A DNA stretch of 64,000 nucleotides from a virus. A program made the translations under genes and the position numbers. The stretch's first letter is position 1; each line of letters begins with the position of its first letter. Positions 55,824 through 64,000 of the stretch are shown here, one piece after another. The notes beneath the pieces were generated by a model that was not told where the DNA came from, did not search any database, and was given only the letters and a program-made list of their open reading frames with translations. Where the stretch lies: positions 27,549 to 91,548 of the IMG/VR virus record IMGVR_UViG_3300029286_000020. The stretch is one strand, 5' to 3'.

Positions 55824-56095
55824 ACGACACACAGTCCGCTCTGGAAGAGCTGCACGGTCGGGCAAAGTTGCTGCTCAAGCAGTCCAAGAAGGACCAGCTC
55901 TTTCGGCTCAAGCAAGCCGAGGCCAAGAAGCAGGCTGCCGCAGGGAGCTTGTTCATCGAGCTTGCGGAGGCGGTCTCAGACCCTGAAGACCAGAGAGACC
56001 ACCTCACAACTGCAGCGGCATGCTTTGCACGCGCGAAGCGGCTGTGCCGAGACGTGATCCGCCAGAAACCGGAGCCCGCATGTCCAATCGAGTGA
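55820..56095 (+). CDS. Hypothetical protein
   Basis: ATGA coupling with the MazG gene. Confidence 0.5.
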   Translation: MNDTQSALEELHGRAKLLLKQSKKDQLFRLKQAEAKKQAAAGSLFIELAEAVSDPEDQRDHLTTAAACFARAKRLCRDVIRQKPEPACPIE

Positions 56096-56153
56096 CATCG
56101 TTCGTCGTGACCATCGGATTGAAGATCAATATCGAGAACCCGGAGCCTCCAAA

Positions 56154-56954
56154 GTGACCAGACCTTCGTGGGACCAATACTTCATGAGCATCGCGCACAC
56201 TGTCGCCACGCGCTCACCGTGTGTGAAGCGACAGGTAGGTGCGGTGCTCGTCTCCGAGGATAAAGCGCTCCTCGCCACGGGCTACAATGGACCGCCTCGC
56301 GGTGCGCCTCACAGGGACGACAAGACCTGCGTTCGCATCGGCATCCCCAGCGGAACCCAAGCCGACGTCGTCTGCTGCGCACACGCGGAGAGCAACGCCA
56401 TCGCCCAAGCTGCCCGCCACGGCGTGCCTGTGAAGGGAAGCACCCTCTACGTCACCACGAGCCCTTGTGCGTGGTGCGCGAGAGGAATCATCAACGCAGG
56501 TGTGGTCCGAGTGGTGCGCGAAGGAGCGTACAACGACCCCATCGCCGCTGGCGTGTTCGCTGAGAGCGGTGTTCCGGTCGAGGAGCTTCCAGCCGTGCCG
56601 GTTTCGCCTGAGCTTCAGAAGCTTGCAGCCTGCATGAGTCTTCCAGCGGGTTCGGGAATGGCTGAGATCAGCGCCGATATTCAGCGCCTGCAGACCCGCA
56701 CCCGAGCGATCGACGAAGTCGAAGAGCGGGAGATCCTCGAACGGAACATCGACAGCATCAAGAGCAGCCTCGAAGAGATCGAACACCACACGAGCGACCT
56801 CGACGGCACGGTGTTCACAGTGCAATCCTCAAAAGGAGCCACGACCCGTGCTGCCATCACCCTGCGAGAGTCCAATCGCATCCGTGAAACGCTCGGAAAG
56901 ATCTGGGGCAACTCTGCTTGGTACAATAAGCCTGACACCGAGGATTCGGCGTGA
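56154..56954 (+). CDS. dCMP deaminase with C-terminal extension
   Basis: RPSWDQYFM, RSPC.KRQVGAV, TGYNG, HAESNAI, SPCAWC. Confidence 0.92.
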   Translation: MTRPSWDQYFMSIAHTVATRSPCVKRQVGAVLVSEDKALLATGYNGPPRGAPHRDDKTCVRIGIPSGTQADVVCCAHAESNAIAQAARHGVPVKGSTLYVTTSPCAWCARGIINAGVVRVVREGAYNDPIAAGVFAESGVPVEELPAVPVSPELQKLAACMSLPAGSGMAEISADIQRLQTRTRAIDEVEEREILERNIDSIKSSLEEIEHHTSDLDGTVFTVQSSKGATTRAAITLRESNRIRETLGKIWGNSAWYNKPDTEDSA

Positions 56955-58059
56955 CACCGAACGAAGTCCAACTCAAGGCTGCGCTCAAGCTCGCGCGCGA
57001 GTGGCTCATTGAGTTTGCTCCGGCAGGGCACGAGGATCGATGCCAGCGCCTTCGCGACACTGGGATTCCGGGATGCCGATGCACCTTCGACGTCTTCCAA
57101 GCAGACTTGAAGGTCATCGACGCGGCGTTCTTCGCCGTGAACCATGAAGAAGGGGAGCTACCATGACGACAACAGAAGACCGGAGCGCAGCGGCTTGCTT
57201 CTACCTGCGAAAGCACACTGGAGTAGTTCAAGACTGGATTGACAGTGACGTAGACGAAAACGACCGAGTGGACGAAGACATCAAGGCCCTCGCGGTCTTG
57301 CTGGCCGAAGTCCGGGCATCCGGGGCTGCGGCGGAGCGAAAACTACACCCGAAGCCCGAAGCTGCGGTCGTCACGCTCATCGAGACAATCGACGACCTGC
57401 ACAAGAAGCTAATCGTAGCACAGGAAGAGATCACCGCTCTGAAGCTCGTTCCAGTTACTTCCCAGCCATGACCAAGAAGCTCTACACCGTGAAGATTAGC
57501 TTTGAGTACGCCTGCTTTGCAGAGAGCGTGCAGGACGCTTTGCGCTTCAAAGAAGAGGCCCTCCACGACGACGGCGAACCATCAGCAATCGCGACTTTGG
57601 CGGTCACGGGCCCGGTCCCCTGTCGCCCTCGTCGTTTTGAGGAGTGCGGACGCCCTGAGAAGTGTGGTCTGTGCGGCTTGCTCGTCACACCCGACAGTCC
57701 GGTCGGGCTTCTTCCCGTTGCGTTGGATGAGGACGACGCTCGTATTGCACGGGCGCAGGTCGCTCATTGGGAGTGCATCGTGAACCCAAAGAACGCCGAT
57801 CTGCTGGAGAGACTGGAGGTCGAAATTGTCCTCGACTGAGGTCACCATCCTGCGCATGCAGATCGCCGACTGCCAGCGCGACTTTGACGAGTTGACGTTC
57901 GAGGTCGAGCGCCGTGATGCAGCACTGCGCGCCATAGCCGCTCATCTCAGCCTCGCCGACGACACGCCGATGCAGGTTCTCGTCGACACCGCCTTGAAGA
58001 TGATCGAGCTGGGCCTGCAGAAACACTTGGACGACCACTCGCTGCCCGACTCGGGCTGA
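56951..58059 (+). CDS. Run of four small coupled hypothetical ORFs (56951-57166, 57163-57471, 57468-57839, 57826-58059)
   Basis: Overlapping stops and starts, typical of phage accessory genes. Confidence 0.5.
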
Positions 58060-58262
58060 CGGAGCCTCTGTGACGTACCCCTACCCCTCAATGGCGACCG
58101 AACCACCCAGCTCCTCAACAAGCGCCTTCGGAGGGTGTTCTCGAACGACAAAGGGAGAGGCTGCCATCTCCCTCGTCATCGCTCTCAGCCGGGCCGGGGT
58201 CATCGCGGGGCTGGTCTTCGGGCACGTAGCCGGTCGTGAGGCCAGCTACGCTGCCGAACCGA

Positions 58263-59057
58263 CTATCCGAGCTGGCCTTTGATTTGTGCCTTCTTGATGG
58301 CTGCGCGCCCTTCAAGCAGCATCGCGCGGACTTCCTTCTCGCCCATGCCGAGGTTCAGGCCATCTGCTTTGGTGTCGAGCATGACGACCTTGGCCCAGTT
58401 GGCGTCTTCGATGTGCTCGCGGTCCTGCGCTGCCAGCATGTTGCTGATGGTGCCCTCTGCGCGATCGATCTTCGTGAAGGGCGGCTTGCGCGGCTTCGAC
58501 TCGTTGGGGCTGCGGACCTTGAGGCCCAACACAGGGACACCGTCGTTGGGATTGGCCCAGCCCTCATAGTCAAGCGCAAAGTTCATGCGGACGCCACCAT
58601 CCTCGTAGAGGTCGCCGTCGATCTCAGCCATGTCGAAGATCGGGAGACACATGCTCGCGAACAGCCGGATGGGAAGGTCGCCTGACGTCCAGACCTTCGA
58701 CTCCCCCTTCGTCCAGTTTGTTGTGACGATGTGCAGCTTCGAGTGACCGTCTTCGACCTTCGGGTGGAGGTGCTTCTTGAAGACCTTGAGCAGTCCGTCC
58801 TTCGTGTAGAGCCCCGCCTGACCTCCGAACGGAAACCAGTTTTTCGTGAGGAACGTGCTGGGAAGGAGGGTCAGCGCCAGCGACTCCAGTTCCGCGCTGG
58901 TCTTGAACTTCGCAGCAGCAGCAGCTGTGACCGCGCCACCTGACGCACCGACCATCTCGGGGAACGTGAACCCCAAGTCCAGCAGTTCGCAGACTGCGCC
59001 GATCTGAACCGGGTACCGCGTTCCAGAGCCAGACAGAACGAGCTTGAGACGCTTCAC
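58263..59057 (-). CDS. Patatin-like phospholipase
   Basis: LVLSGSG, GASGG (GxSxG), ASMCLP, YEDGG; GTG start with SD GGAGG. Confidence 0.88.
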   Translation of the reverse strand: MKRLKLVLSGSGTRYPVQIGAVCELLDLGFTFPEMVGASGGAVTAAAAAKFKTSAELESLALTLLPSTFLTKNWFPFGGQAGLYTKDGLLKVFKKHLHPKVEDGHSKLHIVTTNWTKGESKVWTSGDLPIRLFASMCLPIFDMAEIDGDLYEDGGVRMNFALDYEGWANPNDGVPVLGLKVRSPNESKPRKPPFTKIDRAEGTISNMLAAQDREHIEDANWAKVVMLDTKADGLNLGMGEKEVRAMLLEGRAAIKKAQIKGQLG

Positions 59058-59159
59058 TTGAACCTCCGTTGAAAGACACGGCACCTTACGTGCCCTTCTG
59101 AAAGTTGGCGAGAGGCTTTGGTTTTCGTGTTACGTCCGCCCGGAGTAGGGAACCCACGC

Positions 59160-60157
59160 ATGCTTGCTGTTTGGAATAACGTCGTCGAGTGGTGGTGCCT
59201 GCGGAAAACGACGCGGTGTGCGCGTTGCTCCTATGACGCGCCACGTCGCATCCTCAAGCGCGATGGTCGCTTTGTTGTCGACTGTATGGGTTGCGACATC
59301 TCTGGAAAGCCCGGAGACACCGAGGCCGTCGCGGTCCACAACTGGAACACGGACAACAGAGGTACATCGTGAGCGGTGGAAGCTGGGACTACGCCTACGG
59401 GCGCATCAACGACATCGTCGATGCTCTTCGCAATCAGACGACAACCGGAGGCCAGAAACTTGAACTCAACAACCACCAGATTGAGCAGCGCCAGAAGCTC
59501 TCCGACTTGATGGAGAAGGTCTCAGCCGCCTTGCGTGCGATCGAATGGGTCGACAGCTTCGACAGTAGCTACCCCCGAGACACCAAAGCCGTCGAAGAGG
59601 TGTTCGCAAGCCAAGGGCGCATCCCCAAGATAGAACTTCGGCATGACGACAAAGGTCTTCTGGACGAAGTGGTGGCCCGTGAAGCGACGCTTCACATGGA
59701 GGACATGGGTTCCTCGTGGTCGATCCTCATTGACGCGGGCGCCGATCATCTCAATCTGTCCATCGGAGGTCGCCTCAAAAGACCCCTTGTCATCGAACAG
59801 TCCGGATCTGTGATTTCCACTCACCCAAAACGCTAGCCACGAGACCTGCCCATGCCTGTTCAGAACGCTGTCATCGCCCACGCCCACGAAGCCATCGACA
59901 AGCTGGTGGCCCAGCTGCAAGCCGACGCCATCCAGCATAGTTTTCAGCTGGACGCCCTCCAGACTATGAACCGCGAACTCACCGCAACGAACGCAAAGCT
60001 GCTCGCAGCCAACGCCGAGCTGCATGAAGAGACGTCCCGGTTGCAAGCTGAGATCGAGGGCAAGGCGGCACTCCCTGATGCCTCGGTCAAGGCACCACGA
60101 AAGCTGAGAGCGCCCAAGGCGCCCCCAGCTCCCGTCGTTGACGCTGACCAGCCCTGA
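59160..60157 (+). CDS. Three small hypothetical ORFs (59160-59372 Zn-ribbon ending A..NWN, Lar-like; 59369-59836; 59852-60157 coiled coil)
   Basis: CARC...CMGC...AVHNWN; MSGGSWDY-type start; coupled genes. Confidence 0.5.
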
Positions 60158-60158
60158 G

Positions 60159-60368
60159 TCAGCGCGAGCGCAGGAGCTTGATCGCCGTCAGCACATCGTC
60201 GAGAGTGACGTGCGACGATCCCAGCAGGCTCTCGTCGCCGAGCCAGAAGTCAACCTCGACGTCCTTCGGCGACGTGGCTTCGAGGTTGACGGAGTCTTTG
60301 ATCTGACTGCCGCTGCTCAAGCGCTGGAAGGTGACGGTGAGATCGGGGTCAGTCTTTTCAGTGGCCAT
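60159..60368 (-). CDS. Small hypothetical protein
   Basis: MATEKTDPDL...; overlaps the upstream stop. Confidence 0.4.
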   Translation of the reverse strand: MATEKTDPDLTVTFQRLSSGSQIKDSVNLEATSPKDVEVDFWLGDESLLGSSHVTLDDVLTAIKLLRSR

Positions 60369-60744
60369 TGGAGACTCGTTTCTTGGTGGCGGTGGTACGG
60401 GCGAGCTTCTGCTCGGCGCCGAACATGACGCTCCAGATCTCGCCGTAGAGGTGAGCGCGGTCGTAGCCCTGCACCTTGCCAACCATCGACTTGAAGTTGT
60501 CGTAGGTGACATCCTCGGACATCAGTGCGGCGACCTTCGCCCACTGTCGCTTCCCGACGTAGATGCGATAGGGGTAGTCGGAGTGCTCCTCGACAACGAC
60601 GTCGGGCATCTCTGGGAAGTAGAGCTGGTGCAGGCTCTCAAAGTCAGCAAGGACGCGGGTCCGGACACACACCTCGCCGACGCCTCGACCTTGGGACTTC
60701 TTATCGACGACGCTGAAGAATCCTGCCCTTGAAAAAATCCACAA
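60358..60744 (-). CDS. Conserved-looking phage hypothetical protein
   Basis: MWIF..GFFSVV...VRTR...DYPYR...YDNFK. Confidence 0.65.
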   Translation of the reverse strand: MWIFSRAGFFSVVDKKSQGRGVGEVCVRTRVLADFESLHQLYFPEMPDVVVEEHSDYPYRIYVGKRQWAKVAALMSEDVTYDNFKSMVGKVQGYDRAHLYGEIWSVMFGAEQKLARTTATKKRVSNGH

Positions 60745-60765
60745 AATACACCTGATTTCTGCTGT

Positions 60766-61377
60766 TCACAGCTTCTTGGGTTTTCGTCCTCTACGCGACG
60801 GAGAAACAATCAGTGGTCCGCCGACATGCGCCCATCTTTCGTTGCGCTTGATGCCTTCTATGCATGAACGAGTAACACCGAACTCCGCAGCTATTTCAGC
60901 GATCGTCTTGGAAGATCCTCGGACCCGGCGAGCGGCGTCAGAAGTCAGCTTCGCACGCGGATTTCTTTCTCCTTGAGGAGTTCTCCCGTTGCGCCGGGCG
61001 TCAGCTGCGTTGTCTGTCTGCGATGCGTATCTCAGGTTCGCCAAGGCGTTGTTGTCGACGTTGTCGTCGTAGTGGCACACCACGCTGTGTGGAGGGCGTG
61101 GTCCGACGAAGGCGAGCATGACAAGATGCGCGAGGTGCAAGACTCGCTTCCCCAGCCTTCCGTTGTTGAGGCTGATAACCACGACGCGACGTTTGGTGAC
61201 GCCTACGAAGGCGTTTATCAGGCCCAGCTCTCTTGGAGACGCATCGAGATGGACAGAGCTACTCCCGTAGCCCTGTCGCTTGAAACTGAATACGCGCCCG
61301 AAGTCGGTGACGAAGTAGCCGTCCCAACCCGGAATAGGCTGCTGGTTCTCGCCCGGTTGCAGGTGATCGGTGTGCAT
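60766..61377 (-). mobile_element. NUMOD4-HNH homing endonuclease
   Basis: IPGWDGYFVTDFGRVFS, HLVMLAFVGPRP, CHYDDNVDNN..NLRY...N. Confidence 0.88.
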
Positions 61378-61535
61378 GTGGACCTCCGCCGACAGCCTAA
61401 TCACCACGCTGCGCGAGAGCCACATTTTCCTAGCCTGCTTTCTGCCTCTCGGCTGCACCGCAAACGTGCGGTAGACGAGATGTAACTCCTGTTTTGGAAG
61501 TTCCAGATCAGCTCATTTGAACTCAGAGGTCTGTC

Positions 61536-61763
61536 TTGCTTGAGTTGCGCGCGGTGGCTTTTCTGGACGGAGGCGAGGTTGCGTTTGTGGAAGAGGCTGA
61601 CGCAGACGCGTTTGGCCTCTATCTCGTCGAGGATGACGTGCTTGGATGGGTCGCTGACTTCTCGGACTACGGCTGGGCATTGAAGTTTTCTACGCTGTAC
61701 GCAGAGGAGACAAACATCGACCTGATTGACCGCGTGCGGGCCCTGATCTCCCAGCTGGTGTGA
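61536..61763 (+). CDS. Small acidic hypothetical protein
   Basis: SD GAGGT; 75 aa. Confidence 0.4.
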   Translation: MLELRAVAFLDGGEVAFVEEADADAFGLYLVEDDVLGWVADFSDYGWALKFSTLYAEETNIDLIDRVRALISQLV

Positions 61764-61901
61764 TCGCCGAAAGTGATCCGTCTGGACCATACGGTCCTCA
61801 AAATAGATCCCGGATCCGCCGGTTTTCATGGGGAAAATGTTTCGCTTATATGGCTTCGTGTAGCCGTATTTTTCGGTTACTTGGCGCACTGAACGCAAGC
61901 G

Positions 61902-61929
61902 TTGACTCCAATGCGGATCGCGCTATGCT
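61902..61929 (+). promoter_or_regulatory. Candidate sigma70-type promoter
   Basis: TTGACT-16 nt-TATGCT, downstream of an AT-rich tract and about 55 nt upstream of the sigma-like gene. Confidence 0.5.
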
Positions 61930-61983
61930 GGCCGAAGAAAGTCCGGGCGCCTGACGGATCAGGCCCACGAGACGGAGGCAGAC

Positions 61984-62631
61984 ATGACCAGCACCAAGTC
62001 CCGCGCCGAACACCAGACCGCCAAGTTCGGCGTCACCTACAACGACGCGATGAAGGAGGCGATGACGGTCGCGGCCCGAGCCGCCCGCCGCCACCACAAG
62101 TGGGTGAGTTGCGCAAGCGACAAGGACGACCTCCTCGCCGCTGCCTACGAGGGGATCCTCCTCGCTTGGCGCGCATGGCGCGGGCCCGAGGTGAGCGCAT
62201 GGAGCTACACCGCATGGATCTACGCGGAGCTGTACGCCCGCCGCGAGGCCAACCGCCGCAAGTCAGTGGTGAGCACGAGATCGGGGTCATACAACCAGCA
62301 CACTGGCCGACAGGCGGTTCGCGACGACTCCCTCCTGCAGCAGAACGAAGACGGCGCATGGGTCGACGCGGACCTCAAAGACGCCCGTCCCCTGCCTGCC
62401 CAGCAGGTCGAGATGATGGAGACCCTCCGCGTGATCGGAATCGCCCTCCGCGAAGCAATCCCTGCCTGCGCAGGGGAGCAAGTGGCTCTCGCCAACGACG
62501 TGATCACGCAGCGCATCCTGATCGATGTCGCCCAGAGCGCCGCAAGCATCGCCAGCAAGCACAAGGTGACCTCAGCGACGGTCTACAAGATCGAGACCGC
62601 GCTGCGCGGCGCACTGGCAGCCACTCTCTGA
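61984..62631 (+). CDS. RNA polymerase sigma-70-like factor (divergent)
   Basis: Region 2-like DKDDLLAAAYEGILLAW...WSYTAWIY; region 4-like HTH SAASIASKHKVTSATVYKIE; SD GGAGG. Confidence 0.7.
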   Translation: MTSTKSRAEHQTAKFGVTYNDAMKEAMTVAARAARRHHKWVSCASDKDDLLAAAYEGILLAWRAWRGPEVSAWSYTAWIYAELYARREANRRKSVVSTRSGSYNQHTGRQAVRDDSLLQQNEDGAWVDADLKDARPLPAQQVEMMETLRVIGIALREAIPACAGEQVALANDVITQRILIDVAQSAASIASKHKVTSATVYKIETALRGALAATL

Positions 62632-62715
62632 ACAACAGCGGGTCGGGTGAACAACCCGGATCCGAGTTACTCCACCAACAGAGCGGGACGGTTCCCGCCG
62701 ACAATAGGAGACGCC

Positions 62716-63000
62716 ATGAAGAGCAGCATCGTCCGCCGCACCGCCATCCAAGCCATCCTTGCTTCCCCGATCCACGGTGCCATCGCCGCCGTTCCCAGCC
62801 TCGACCTCAACCGCGAGGAGGACCAACGCCGCACGATGCGCGCAGCGGTCCATGTCGTCGCGGGCCTCCTGCTGGAGAAGGGCGCCAACCCCAACGATCT
62901 CGCCCAAGCCTGCCTTGAAGCCATCACGAAGGAGATGCAGAACCTGCAGGACCAACACGAGGGTGACGGCACCTTCATGCAGGCTGGCGCTGACGCCTGA
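62716..63000 (+). CDS. Hypothetical protein
   Basis: SD AGGAG before ATG 62716. Confidence 0.55.
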   Translation: MKSSIVRRTAIQAILASPIHGAIAAVPSLDLNREEDQRRTMRAAVHVVAGLLLEKGANPNDLAQACLEAITKEMQNLQDQHEGDGTFMQAGADA

Positions 63001-63016
63001 GCCGCGCCCACAAACG

Positions 63017-63050
63017 AAAGACCCCGGACCATACGGTGCCGGGGTCTTTT
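63017..63050. terminator. Bidirectional terminator between convergent genes; loop carries the GGACCATACGG motif
   Basis: AAAGACCCCGG-accatacggtg-CCGGGGTCTTTT. Confidence 0.8.
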
Positions 63051-63080
63051 CAATTCTGCTCGTAGCGAGTCCGAGAAAAC

Positions 63081-64000
63081 TCAGTCCCCGATGGGGGAAG
63101 GGACGACTGCTGCTGGGATGCCCGGGCAGAGGATCATCGTGACCTCCACCTTCGGGTCGCACTGACGGAGGCCCAGCGTGTCGTCGTAGGCGTAGCCATA
63201 GGCCGTGCTGTGGCAGGCCGCGTGGACCGCCTCCACATACTTGGTCTTCACGACCGGCCCACCGCTGCAATGAGCAGGGGAGATGGGCGGGGTCGGGCAG
63301 CAGTACGGGGCTGGTGCGTCCGCAGCCGGGGGCTGCTGGCCTTTGCCACCGAAGGTCGGGTACGTGAGCGCCGCGCACGGCGAGAAGCAGGCCCCGGCTT
63401 CGCCAGCGACCCGGAGGTCAACAGCCGAAAACTCGGGGTGCTGCTGCGCGAGACCCTGCGAGAGGTTCTCTGACGTCGGACACTGGTTCAGGTCAAGACC
63501 AGAGCAGTCCACGTCCATGCATCCGTTGGACTCAGTGGACGCTTCGATTCGGAACGGCATGGTGTAGCCGTCGACAGCGGACGCGTTCCAGAAGGTGTTG
63601 CCGACAGGACTGCCTTGCTGCGTGATTGCGCACTTCGTCTTGTCGGCAAGTGAACAACCCCACGTCGCTTCCAGTTTTGAGTCGACGGGAGGGGCGCAGC
63701 CATTGACCGGACAAGGAGGAGACGACTGCCCGACCTTGCAGTTGTTGCCGGTGTCGTCACAGCCGGTCTTCGGCCAGTAGCGCGTTGATGGAAGGCCAGC
63801 GTCTGGGATCGGGTACGTCGCGGTGTCGCCCTTGGCGAGCTTCGTCGTGTCTGGCGAGCCGGTGTGTCCCTGCTGTTGAATCCACACCGTGTCGGCGCAC
63901 TGGTTGAGGACTTTGAGTGAGCGCCCCACGAGAGGCGCTGGGCCCGCGTCAGGTGCTGTTGGGGATGGGGAAGGAGCCGGAGGCGCTGGGCACCCGGCGA
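63081..64000 (-). CDS. Thaumatin-domain (PR-5-like) probable lipoprotein, 5' end off the window
   Basis: NQC..TVW, YWPKTGC, SAVDGYTMP, CFSPC, YCC, AYGYAYDD. The frame is open to the window edge: (xTC)-A-G-C-PAPPAPSPSPTAPDAGP. Confidence 0.85.
   Translation of the reverse strand, partial: AGCPAPPAPSPSPTAPDAGPAPLVGRSLKVLNQCADTVWIQQQGHTGSPDTTKLAKGDTATYPIPDAGLPSTRYWPKTGCDDTGNNCKVGQSSPPCPVNGCAPPVDSKLEATWGCSLADKTKCAITQQGSPVGNTFWNASAVDGYTMPFRIEASTESNGCMDVDCSGLDLNQCPTSENLSQGLAQQHPEFSAVDLRVAGEAGACFSPCAALTYPTFGGKGQQPPAADAPAPYCCPTPPISPAHCSGGPVVKTKYVEAVHAACHSTAYGYAYDDTLGLRQCDPKVEVTMILCPGIPAAVVPSPIGD

Larger units (their letters stand above)
1293..63039 (+). repeat. Dispersed 14-bp quasi-palindrome GGACCATAYGGWCC (12 copies)
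   Basis: Copies start at 1293, 7847, 16234, 21158, 29216 (reverse), 33531, 41357 (near), 45387 (near), 50598, 55493, 61784 and 63026. Confidence 0.9.

Noticed and set aside
61902-62918. 338-aa Arg-rich ORF overlapping the sigma-like gene
   Set aside because: Alternate-frame artefact; no motifs, while the two nested ORFs have good SD sites.

Overview
This window is part of the genome of a large, high-GC, contractile-tailed (myovirus-type) dsDNA bacteriophage. No host genes, rRNA, tRNA, integrase or CRISPR array were seen. Genes at 1-54.4 kb lie on the minus strand. They include a T4-like virion module (terminase, portal, core/scaffold, prohead protease, gp23-like major capsid, gp13/gp14-like neck, sheath, tube), a family A DNA polymerase, and a putative virion-packaged effector pair (a 1612-aa protein with two HipA/PI3K-like kinase domains and a possible ART domain, plus a zeta-toxin-like kinase). 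They also include a ParB-like protein, a recombination block (SSB, RuvC, Cas4-like nuclease, Hjc-like resolvase, RecA, SF2 helicase), a lambda-like replication block (initiator with internal iterons, DnaC-like loader, DnaB, primase), a MoxR AAA+/vWA pair, thyX and a fibre-like protein. The right end is an accessory region: thermonuclease, MazG, dCMP deaminase, patatin, HNH endonuclease, a sigma-like factor and a thaumatin-domain lipoprotein that hints at a myxobacterial host. Four nucleotide-level signals stand out: (i) a 14-bp quasi-palindrome GGACCATAYGGWCC, mostly spaced 4-8 kb apart across the whole window and almost always in one orientation; (ii) a G_GGA_AAC -1 frameshift candidate in a head-core gene that would add a basic tail; (iii) palindromic iterons inside the replication initiator; (iv) a TGTTAC element upstream of many genes. 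All product calls come from recognising motifs by eye, not from database searches.
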